64,000 nt of DNA, taken from the NCBI GenBank assembly GCA_030390025.1, contig JASTWF010000342.1, forward strand, positions 434,001 through 498,000. The letters run 5' to 3'. Within the stretch, counting starts at the first letter, position 1. The number at the start of each line of letters is the position of its first letter. This document shows, piece after piece, positions 11,527-21,770 of the stretch. Under the pieces are notes generated by a model, which saw only the letters and a list, made by a program, of their open reading frames with translations, was not told the origin of the DNA and made no database searches. A program made the translations under genes and the position numbers. This stretch comes from Squalus acanthias. Its lineage: Eukaryota.

Positions 11527-12897
11527 TCACGTCATGTATCGTGACATAAACCCAAGATCCCGATTGAGACCGTCTTCATGAGTGCGGAACTTGGCTATCA
11601 GTTTCTGCTCGATGATTTTGCGTTGTCGTGTGTTTCTAAGGTTGCCTTGGAGAACGCTTACCCGCAGATCCGAGGCTGAATGTCCTTGACTGCTGAAGTG
11701 TTCCCCGACTGGGAGGTAACAATCCTGCCTGGCGATTGTTGCGCGGTGCTCGTTCATACGTTGTCTCAGTGTCTGCATGGTCTCGCCGATGTACCATGCC
11801 GCGGTGCATTCTTTCCTGCAACGTATGAGGTAGACAACGTTGGCCGAGTCACATGAGTATGTACCATGTACCTGGTGGGTAGTGTCCTCACGTGTGATGG
11901 TGGTATCTGTGTTGATGATCTGGCATGTCTTGCAGAGTTTGCCATGGCAGGGTTGTGTGGTGTCGTGGTCGCTGTTATCCTGAAAGCTGGGTAATTTGCT
12001 GCGAACGATGGTACTTCTGAGGTTAGGCGGCTGTTTGAAGGCAAGTAGTGGAGGCGTGGGGATGGCCTTAGCGAGGTGTTTGTCGTCATCGATGACATGT
12101 TGAAGGCTGCGAAGAACATGGCGTAGTTTCTCCGCTCCGGGGAAGTACTGGACGACGTAGGGTACCCTGTTGGTTGTGTCCCGTGTTTGCCTTCTGAGGA
12201 GGTCTATGCGATTTTTCGCTGTGGCCCGTCGGAACTGTCGATCGATGAGTCGAGCGTCATATCCCGTTCTTACGAGGGCGTTTTTCAGCGTCCGTAGGTG
12301 TCCATCGCGTTCCTCCTCGTCTGAGCAGATCCTGTGTATTCGCAGGGCTTGTCCATAGGGGATGGCTTCTTTAACATGGTTAGGGTGGAAGCTGGAGAAG
12401 TGGAGCATCGTGAGGTTGTCCGTGGGCTTGCGGTAGAGTGAAGTGCTGAGGTGTCCGTCTTTGATGGAGATTCGTGTGTCCAGGAATGAGACTGATTCTG
12501 AGGAGTAGTCCATGGTGAGTTTGATGGTGGGATGGAACATGTTTATGTTATCGTGTAGTCTTTTCAGTGATCCTTCGCCATGGGTCCAAAGGAAGAAAAT
12601 GTCGTCGATGTATCTGGTGTACAGCGTTGGCTGGAGGTCCTGTGCAGCGAAGAAGTCTTGCTCGAACTTGTGCATGAAGATGTTGGCGTATTGGGGTGCG
12701 AATTTGGTCCCCATGGCTGTTCCGTGTGTTTGGGTAAAAAAATGGTTGTCGAAGGTGAAGACATTGTGGTCAAGGATGAAGCGGATGAGTTGTAGGATGG
12801 CGTCTGGAGATTGGCTGTTGTTGATGTTGAGTACTGAGGCTGTTGCAGCGATGCCGTCATCGTGGGGGATACTGGTGTAGAGTGCCGATACGTCCAT
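11527..12897 (-). CDS. PLE reverse transcriptase (C-terminal part) plus Cys-rich linker plus GIY-YIG endonuclease, 456 aa uninterrupted
   Basis: DVSALYT, QTHGTAMG, RYIDDIFF, FLD, LYRKPT; linker CHGKLCKTC; NVVYLIRC..WYIGET..LRQRMNEH..HF..E..GLN. Confidence 0.93.
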   Translation of the reverse strand: MDVSALYTSIPHDDGIAATASVLNINNSQSPDAILQLIRFILDHNVFTFDNHFFTQTHGTAMGTKFAPQYANIFMHKFEQDFFAAQDLQPTLYTRYIDDIFFLWTHGEGSLKRLHDNINMFHPTIKLTMDYSSESVSFLDTRISIKDGHLSTSLYRKPTDNLTMLHFSSFHPNHVKEAIPYGQALRIHRICSDEEERDGHLRTLKNALVRTGYDARLIDRQFRRATAKNRIDLLRRQTRDTTNRVPYVVQYFPGAEKLRHVLRSLQHVIDDDKHLAKAIPTPPLLAFKQPPNLRSTIVRSKLPSFQDNSDHDTTQPCHGKLCKTCQIINTDTTITREDTTHQVHGTYSCDSANVVYLIRCRKECTAAWYIGETMQTLRQRMNEHRATIARQDCYLPVGEHFSSQGHSASDLRVSVLQGNLRNTRQRKIIEQKLIAKFRTHEDGLNRDLGFMSRYMT

Positions 12898-13206
12898 CGT
12901 GGCACAGATGTGATTCCCAGTAAAAAAGTAAAAATTTTCCCAGTAAAAAAGTAAAAAAATGTTAAAGCTTTTCGTTTTACATACAGACGGCAGCTTTTGA
13001 CACGTTAGAACCCCTGCGACTACACCTCATTGTCTCAGTTGTATCTTGCTATGTCTTTGATGTGGTACCTTCCTGGCTGACTTAATTAACTTTATCACAC
13101 CTCGGCAGATAGTCAGGATGATTTAATTTATTGGTCTGCAATTGTAAAGTACACATGCTTTGTTTTCTATCTATATATGCTTTGGAGATTCTGTATCTAA
13201 TTTACT

Positions 13207-13249
13207 TCACCTGAGGAAGGAGCAAATCGATAGCTCCGAAAGCTTGTGA
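13207..13249 (+). ncRNA. Minimal hammerhead ribozyme motif (right arm)
   Basis: TCAC-CTGAGGA-A-GGAGC-aaatcgata-GCTCC-GAAA-GCTT-GTGA. Confidence 0.75.
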
Positions 13250-14369
13250 TTTCAAATAAAACTGTTGGACTATAACCTGGTGTTGTGCGACCTCTCAATT
13301 TTGTCCACCCCAGTCCAACACCGGCATCTCCGCATCATGACTTATATTCTATGCCTCGGCTAATGAAGGCAAGTATCCCATATGCCTTTTTAACCACCTT
13401 ATCTACCTGTCCTGCTGCCTTCAGGGATCTATGTACATGCACACCAAGGTCCCTCTGATCCTCTGTCCTTCCTAGGGTCCTACCATTCATTGTGTATTCC
13501 CTTGCCTTGTTAATCCTCCCAAAATGTATCACCTCACAGTTTTCAGGGTTAAATTCCATTTGCCACTGTTCTGCCTATCTGACCAACCCGTCTATATTGT
13601 CCTGTAGTGTGAGGCTTCCCTCCTCGCTATTTACCACTCCACCAATTTTCGTGTCATCTGCGAACTTACTGATCATACCTCCTACATTCATATCTAAATC
13701 ATTAATGTACACTACAAACAGCAAAGGACCCAGCACCGATCCCTGCGGTACACCACTGGACACAGGCTTCCAGTCACAAAAACAACCTTCGACCATCACC
13801 CTCTGCCTCCTGCCACTAAGCCAATTTTGGATCCAATGTGCCAAATTGCCTTGGATCCCATGGGCTCTTACCTTCTTGACCAGTCTCCCATGTGGGACTT
13901 TATCAAAAGCCTTACTGAAGTCCATGTAGACTACATCAACTGCACTACCCACATCTACACACCTAGTCACCCCCTCGAAAAATTCAATCAAATTGGTTAG
14001 ACATGATCTCCCCCTGACAAAGCCATGCTGACTATCCTTGATTAATCCTTGCCTCTCCAAGTGGAGACTAATTCTGTCCCTCAGAATTTTTCCAATAATT
14101 TCCCTACCACTGATTTTACGCTCACTGGCCTGTACTACCCTTCTTGAATAATGGTTCTACGTTAGCTGTTCTCCAGTCCTCTGGCACCTCCCCTGTGCCC
14201 AGAGAGGTTCTGAAAATTTATGTCAGAGCCCCTTCAATCTCCTCCCTTGCCTCACACAGCAGCCTGGGATACATCTCATCAGGGCTTGGGGATTTATCCA
14301 CTTTTAAGCCCGCTAAAACCGCTAGTACCTCCTCCCTCTCAATAGTTCTTGTCAGTTGAACCAAAAAAA

Positions 14370-15048
14370 GACATAGAAATTGGAATGCGCCTGAATCGAG
14401 CCATGATCCCAGTGCTGTGCACACTGCATGCGCCTAAAAAGGCTGGGGACAGGACCACAGGAAATTGGTCCGCTGGCATGATTTGTTCATTGCCAGCGAA
14501 CTACGGGCACCAGTCACAGCTCCAGAAGCAGTTTGCTGGGGGCACGAAGGTCAGCCGACTTGGACGATGGCTGAGGTCATAAGGCAAGTACAATGGGGGG
14601 AGGAAGGGAGACAATCGGGATGAGGGTGAGCGGTGGCTGTAGCTGCCTATGAATTTATTGTAGATAGACAATAAAGTTAGTAAAAACATTCAAACTTACC
14701 TTTCTGGTGGCAACCTCCAGCGATCTCTTTAAGGACTGTTGGTTTGGCTGCCAAACACATGAGAATACTGACTGCAGTGTGCACAGCGCTTGCTGCGGAC
14801 AGTCACAAAAACATTTTGCAAAGGGGTGCTCAAACAGGTGTCAGGCCCCCTATTTGCATATGCAAAAAGAAGGCCCAAAGCCTTTCTCGGGTGTGTGCAT
14901 TGGACACCTATGGAGCAGCCTTTACCAATATAGCAGGTGGCGTACCTCCAGAGCGGAATGAACCTGCATACATTGCCTGTCATATTGAACCCATAGTCAC
15001 CTGTTTTATGCCTGTAAAACAGGTGTAGCGCAATCCAATTTCTAGGCC
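14370..15048. mobile_element. Harbinger-type non-autonomous element (MITE)
   Basis: TIRs GACATAGAAATTGGAATGCGC / GGCCTAGAAATTGGATTGCGC (18/21); AAA on both flanks. Confidence 0.75.
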
Positions 15049-18000
15049 AAATCCTCTGCTTGAATTCATAGATATGCAGTTTAATAGATTTTGTCCTTCC
15101 TCCTTGACATTAATTTTATTGTTTGATCTTTCTGCTACTGAAATCATGGCCTTGATTTTAATAGCCCTGAGGAGGTGGGTTTGGAGGCGGGTCTGTTGGG
15201 AAAATCGGAAAAAATGGCTTCAGACACCCAACTCGCCTCCATCCCGTCTCCACCTGATTTCCATGAGTGTCTGTTAAGCCGCTCCCAAACTGACCCGATC
15301 GGAACAGGTGGGACAGGTAGTTAAGGCAGTTAACAGCTTGTGAACTGACTTGCTAATCCTATTTTGATACTGGTTTCCCATTTTTGTGCTTCTGGCTCCT
15401 GTTTCCCGACTTGTCAGAAACAGGCCAGGTTCAAGGAGACGAGTTGCTGGAGGACATGATTTGTATTCATTGGTGGAGCGCTTTAAAAGCACCCCTGAAA
15501 CATGGCTGACATTCAAATGCAACAATTTTGTGGTTGTAGGTATGGGATAAGATTTTGCACATCTACTGACCTTGTGACTGTTCAAGCTGACACCCATCTG
15601 CAGTGTGACCTGAATGGAATAATTTCAGGCCACTTCGACAATGCGCTTGCAAGATTGTTGCCTCAAATGAAATCTATAGCAAGGGGATGGGAAACATTTA
15701 TGTCCTCTCATCCTCGTCCTCATAATCGGAGGAACAGCAGCCGCGTGGCTCAGCACAGATCTTCCTGGGAAGAGAAGGAGGACGAGGGGCGCCTTGCATA
15801 CCCCGTTATGATCAATGCAGCATCCCTCCAGTTCACTGCTGCCCGTCAAGCAGGGTTTGCACACTGCCATGCCACATTAGCATAAGCTTACTCTTCAACC
15901 ATAGGTGGCTACCATATGGCTCTGTAATTGTAGGTGACATTTGTCCAACGTCATACATCATCTCTGCTATACCCAGTTATTTCCGATCACTTTCACCATC
16001 AGCTTTACAAAAGCAAGTCGCCCTGAGCCCTCAATGCACTTTTGCCATTTCCCAAAACACATAGGCCACACAAAAGGATCGTAAACCAAGAACAGTCAGA
16101 AAAAAAGACAAAACATCCACGTGAGTCCCCTTGTGACTATAGATGCTTTATCTTTCTCTTACGTGTGATTCTACGTGGTGCTTCCCCTGTGGCTTCAGCA
16201 GATGTAGAGGCACCTTGCTGACTAGGATGCTGCGCCTGCTTAGACGCCTGTGGCGGGTGTCTTCTGGGTTCGGGAGCCTAGGAGGGCTCTTCAACAGTCT
16301 GCTCTTTCATGGCTGTGCAGGGGCTGAAACGGCCATCTAAGTTGTCTCCGCAAAGTGGGTCTCTGACCGAGGGCTCCGCAGTAGCATGGTCGTGTGAGCG
16401 CTTTGAGAAGAGCCCACACTTCCTTGTGTCCTGCCAACAACATCCCTTTCATGGGTCAGCCACACTTCAGTGCTGGCAAGTGGCTGGAGAGCACCTTGCT
16501 GCACATCAGGGGGACCATGAGGACACGCATCTGCACTGGCAGTCCTCATCACAAGGACGTCTATGAAGCTCTGGTCTCTCTGCTCAATAGCTGCCCATCG
16601 CTCCTCCAGAGATGTCAATCTATTTTGAACAGTCACCATGTTTTCCTGACTCTGGCGACTTATTTCCTCTATGGTGGTAGCCATCCTTTCCACGGAGATT
16701 GCCATCCTATCCATGGTGGTGCGTTCATGCACCATTGCCTTCACCACGGCAGTGCTGATGTTAGAGATGGACTCCTCCATTCTCTCCACACTCGCACTAA
16801 CCCTGGAGGCAAACCCTTCCAGAGACACCTGCACTTGTTCCTGTATTTCCCAAGATGCTCTTTTTCTGGATGGCCCCAGAGGCACAGCGTCTGCATGCAG
16901 CTCAGCAGAGCTAGGAGATTGCTGCGACCTCTGCTGAGGACTTCCACTGCTGTCGCTGTCACCACCATCTGTTGATGCTCACTTGTGCGCTGTGATAGAC
17001 CAGTTGGCAACACTACTCTAACTCGCGAGGGCCCCACCGAGGTGTGTGTTGCTGCGCTGGTGCTGGGTGCGCTGAGTCCTGGTGACGCTGGTCCCTCAGA
17101 GGCTTCAGGTTCCTCTGAGGAGTTGTCCGGCTCTTCGTCCTGGATCGTGTGGGAGAGTAAAGGCATGATTTAGACATCTGATATTGATGTAGCTGACATA
17201 TGCTTTTGAGCAGATGATACAACGTGATTCTCTATGAACATCATATGCCATTGCAGTCAATTACTAAATGTCAATGAGAGGGATGAAACTCTATTATGTC
17301 ACCAGCTTCCTCTCGTGTGCCCGTCTCTCCATCGCCCACTTCCAGATCCTCGCCACCTCCGACAATTTTGTGTGCAGCCTCCTCAGCACTTGTCAATGTT
17401 GCTATGGTAGGTGTACCTCCTCCAGTCAGTGCTAGCTCCCTTTTATTGTGGGCTATCTTTTCCTGCAAGGAAGGTCAGAAGCGGAGTTTCAACCACAGTG
17501 ATGGAGTGAGTGTGAAGAATTGCTACCATAGAAGCTTTGAGGGAGACGAAGATGGGGTAAGGTGCCAAGAGGAAGCTTGCTCCCTGTGCGTTGTTAGTTG
17601 TTGTCACTGCATGACAGTGAGAGCGAGTCTATGGGGTGCATAGGCAGGATGCTGAAGTGATTCAGTGCGGAGACAGAGATGGATAGGTAAGAATGCAAGG
17701 GAAATAAGAGTAAGGTGGTATGTGGAGGAGCAGGCTTACAACGCAGAGTGCTGGTGATGAGAAGAGAAGGGAAGCAGATTCAAAGTAAGTGTGATGGGAT
17801 ACTCACTTCTAGGGCTGGATTTTGAATGACCCATGGAGTCGGGTTTGGAGGCGTGTGGGGGGTTAAATTTGCGGGGTCGGGGGTCCCGACCCCATCCCGA
17901 CTCCATCCCGCCTCCACGCAATTTTGACAAAATGGGTCGCGGGGTTCCCGACTCCGTCCCGCCTCCAAGAGGCGCGAAAGGCCATTAACGCTCTTAACTA

Positions 18001-18341
18001 TCCCTAAAGTGGCTCAGTAATGCCATTTTGAACCATTTTAGGTACTTTAACCCTTTTCCCACGTGAAGCACGCCTGATGGGAAACACTCCAGTGAAACCT
18101 GACGGGAGCACAAGTGGATTGCTGACTATCAGCTGCAGCTCAACCTTTAAATAGGAGATTTGATCAGCCATCAATTGCAGGTGGCAGGACTTTGTTGTAA
18201 CAGGTCTGGGGGAACTTTTAGAAGGCATAACCACAGCTCTGGAAGTTTGGAGCCTGACACCCATCTGCAGTGTGACCTCCTGGGAAACCCCTCTCGCCAC
18301 CCTCATTGAGGGCTTCCTCAACTGAGACACATACCAGAGGC

Positions 18342-19589
18342 ATGGGAGCCATTTATTTCCTTCCCTCCTGGATATCCGATGAGGAGGAACAACAGCCGCG
18401 GCACCAGCAGAACCATGAACAACAGCACCACCAACAGCAGCAGCAACAGCAGGAGCGCCAAGCTGCTGCTCACCCACCTGAAGCTGCACAGGACAGAAGG
18501 GGCCAGCGCATGGAAGGCCGTCGGCGCAGGAAATACCACCCAACCAGGGTCTACAGACAGAGGGTCAGCTACCTCAACATGTCTGAGCAGCAGTGCCAAA
18601 AGCGGCTCCGACTTTCGCGAGAGGTAGTGGGTGACATCTGCGCAATGCTGCAACAAGACCTGGAGCCCAGAGGACCAGGTGGACACCCCTTACCAGTGGC
18701 CATCAAAGTCACCACTGCACTCAACTTTTTTGCCTCAGGCTCATTCCAGGGATCAGCAGCAGACATCAGCGGCATCTCCCAGGCGGCCGCACACACCTGC
18801 ATCACACAGGTAACCGATGCCCTCTTTGCCATCGCGCACAATTACATCCATTTCACCAAGGATCGAGCAAGTGTCACGGCGCGTGCGGTTGGATTAGCTA
18901 ATCTGGCAGGCTTTCAAAGGGTGCAGGGCGTCGTTGACTGCACACATGTGGCCCTTAAGGCACCCCATCGCAATCCAGGTATTTTTGTCAACCGCAAGGG
19001 CTTCCACTCCCTCAACGTTCAGCTGGTGTGTGACCACAACAAGGAAGTTCTGCATGTTTGTGCCAAGTACCCTGGCAGTTGCCATGACTCCTTCATACTG
19101 CGCCAGTCTAGTGTACCTCTGCTATTCAGTCCGCCAGACCAACTTCACGGATGGCTACTTGGAGACAAGGGCTATCCCCTGAGGACGTGGCTAATGACGC
19201 CGTTGAGGAGCCCATCCAACGCAGCTGAGGAGAACTACAACTCCAGCCACATTTCCATCAGATCCATAATCGAGCAAACCATCGGTATGCTGAAGATGCA
19301 CTTCAGATGCCTGGATAGATCAGGTGGAGCCCTGCAATACTCAGCAGCCAGGGCCTCCAGAATCGTCATGGTTTGCTGTGCACTTCACAACATGGCACAG
19401 CGTTGTGGCTTACAGATGCCGGAGGACCAAGTGGCTCCTCACATAGCCTCCTCAGATGAGTAGGAGGAGGAGGAGGAGGAGAGAGAGAACGAACAAGTTG
19501 CAGAGACCCCTCAACCAGCGGCAGCATTACGCGAGACCATAGCTGCCCGGAATGCAAGGAACGCACTCATCTTGGCCAGATTTGCTTAG
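18342..19589 (+). CDS. Harbinger (HARBI1-type) DDE transposase; open for 373 aa, with one TAG at 19461 before the natural end (..[10 protein letters not shown])
   Basis: DDE triad VVDCTH / LGDKGY / IIEQTIG intact; HTH region [11 protein letters not shown]; reading continues in frame past 19463 to 19589, matching the C-termini of H1 and H4. Confidence 0.93.
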
Positions 19590-19846
19590 CCTAGACAAGA
19601 AAGCACTTTTGCCTCGCAGCTTCTTACCAGAGCTACGACAATGGCCCAGACCCAGCAGATCCCTAACAATATGACCACCATACTGACAATTGCAAGTTAT
19701 CCTAAGGCCTCATTGTGGAAGTCCCATTAGCGAAATGACAGATGCCACAACTGCAGCTGTAGCCATCAGAGTTTTTATTTACACTTTAGACCTGATGGCT
19801 TCTTAACAATACACATCAAAATTCACCCAAGTGACTACCCTTGTGA

Positions 19847-21770
19847 CTATTTGTGCAGTTTCTTTCTCTTACGCGTGCTCCTACATGGTGCTTCCCCTGT
19901 GGCTTCAGCAGAAGTGGAGGCCCCCCTGCTCACTTTGTTGCTGCTCCTGTCTCAACTCCTTTGGCGGGCGTCCTCTGGGGTTGTGAACCTGAGAGGGCTC
20001 GGCAACAGTCTGCTGCTCCTGCGGCTGGGCAGGGGTTGAGACGTCGATCTCACTTGGGTGCGGACTCTGGTGGGGCTCTGAGCGAAGACCTGTCAGTGGC
20101 ATGGAAGTGTGAGCGCTTGGAGAGGAGCCCCCACCTCCTTGTTGCATGCCACCAACATCCCTCTCATGGGTCAGGTCCACCTCAGTGCTTGTAAGTGGCT
20201 TGAGAGCACCTTGCTGCACATCAGGGGGCCATGGGGACCCGTATCTGCACTGGAAGTCCTACTCAGAAGGACTTCCATGAAGGTCTGGTTTCTCTGTTCA
20301 ATAGATGACCATCGCTCCTCCAGAGATGTCATTCTATTCAGAACAATGACCACGTTTTCTGCACTCTGGCGACTTATCACCTCCATGGAGGTTGCCATCC
20401 TTTCCATGGTGATGCGTTCATGCGCCAATGACTCCACAAAGGCTCTGCTCATGTTCGCTATGGACTCCTCCATTCACTCCACACTCGCAGCGACCCTGGA
20501 GATGAAACCTGTCAGAGACTCCTGCATCTGTTCCTGGAGTCCCAGCACTGCTGATCTTATGGATGGTCCCAGAGGCAGAGGGTCGACATGCAGCTGAGCT
20601 GAGCTAAGAGTGTCCTGCGCCCTCTGACTAGGACTCTCCACTGCTGTCCGTGTCTCCACCATCTGCTGATGCTCACTTGTGAGCTGTGATACACCAGGTG
20701 ACAACACTACTCTATGTCCCGAGGGTCGCACCGAGCTGTGAGTGTCTGCGCTGGTGCTGGGTGCGCTTAGTTCTGCTGACGCTGCGCCCTCAGAGGTTGC
20801 AGCTTCCTCTGAGGAGTCTGTCTGCTCAGGCTGGTCCTCCTGGCTAGTGGGGATGGGTGCTTGCGATGGTCCTGTGGGGGAGTAAAGGAAAGAGTCAGAG
20901 ATGTGATGCCAAGGTTACATGCACATTGCATATTGCAGATGATCATAAATCCATCTGTTAAGGCTTCAGATTCATTATCAGCGACTCATGCAATGTCAAT
21001 GAGAGAGATGGAACACTATTCAGTCACCAGCTTGCTCTGCTGCACTCATCTGTCCGTCCCCCACTTGCATTTCCTCCTGGACACCCACGATCTCCAGGAC
21101 CGCCTCCTCCCAAGGGGTGAGCTGGGCTAATGAGGGTGGGCCTCCTCCTGTCCTGGCTCTTTCTCTTTTATTGTGAGCTCTCTTTTCCTGCAATTAGGGA
21201 GACAAGTGGAGTTTGAGTGAGATTGAAGGAGTGAGTGTAGAGAGTCCATAGCATAGATGCTTAGAAGGAGACAAAGATGGAGTGAGGTGGCAAGACCAAG
21301 GGCCCTCCCTGTGTGTTGTAAGTTGTTTTCATAGCATGACGGTGATAGGGAGTGTGAGGGCTGCATAGTCGAATAGTAAGGTGAATGTGACCATAGAGGG
21401 AGAGGGAATGGGTAAGGGTGCATGGATGTCAGTGTCAAGTGGGATATGGAGGAAGAGGTTGCTAAAGCTGAGTGCTGGTGAGGAGAGGCAATGGGGATCA
21501 GATTGAGGGTGAAGGGAAAGTCATACTCACTTTAGCAGTACGTAGAAGGTCATGAAACCTCTTCCTGCACTGGATCCAGGTCCTGCTTGTCAGAGATAAA
21601 GAGGTGACCTCCTGGGCGATCTGGACCCACACAGCCTTTGTCTGCTGGGGAGGCTTCTTCCTCCCTGAGGAGGGGAAGAGCACCTCCTTGTTGGCTCTTG
21701 CTCCATCCACCAAAGCCTGAAGGGCAACATCATGGAACCTGGGAGCAGCCCTGGGCCGTTGGCTGCCCAT
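19847..21770 (-). pseudogene. H3 Myb/SANT-like accessory gene (exons 21770-21531, 21187-21028, 20871-19847)
   Basis: Exons 1 (240 nt) and 2 (160 nt) are open with GT-AG sites; exon 3 has a stop at 20474 and frameshifts near 20225 and 19920. Confidence 0.88.

Larger units (their letters stand above)
11104..13340 (-). mobile_element. Penelope-like retroelement (Neptune-type), 5'-truncated, with inverted terminal arms and a 12-bp TSD
   Basis: TSD CTTATATTCTAT at 11092-11103 and 13341-13352; inverted arms 11102-11498 and 12903-13299; internal RT plus GIY-YIG ORF. Confidence 0.95.
10489..14345 (-). mobile_element. CR1 LINE RT fragment interrupted by a Penelope-like element
   Basis: ORFs 13575-14060, 13335-13559 and 10576-11136 are consecutive RT pieces; (GAGTCATA)-like tail at ~10490-10510. 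Confidence 0.93.

Noticed and set aside
11102..13299. DNA transposon with long TIRs
   Set aside because: The internal ORF is RT plus GIY-YIG and the arms are the element's own 3' region with a hammerhead motif, so this is a PLE inversion.
18342..19589. Host domesticated gene HARBI1 (or NAIF1/MSANTD for the Myb ORFs)
   Set aside because: The ORFs lie between TIRs with TSDs and occur as several decayed copies, so they are transposon genes; no gene symbol assigned.
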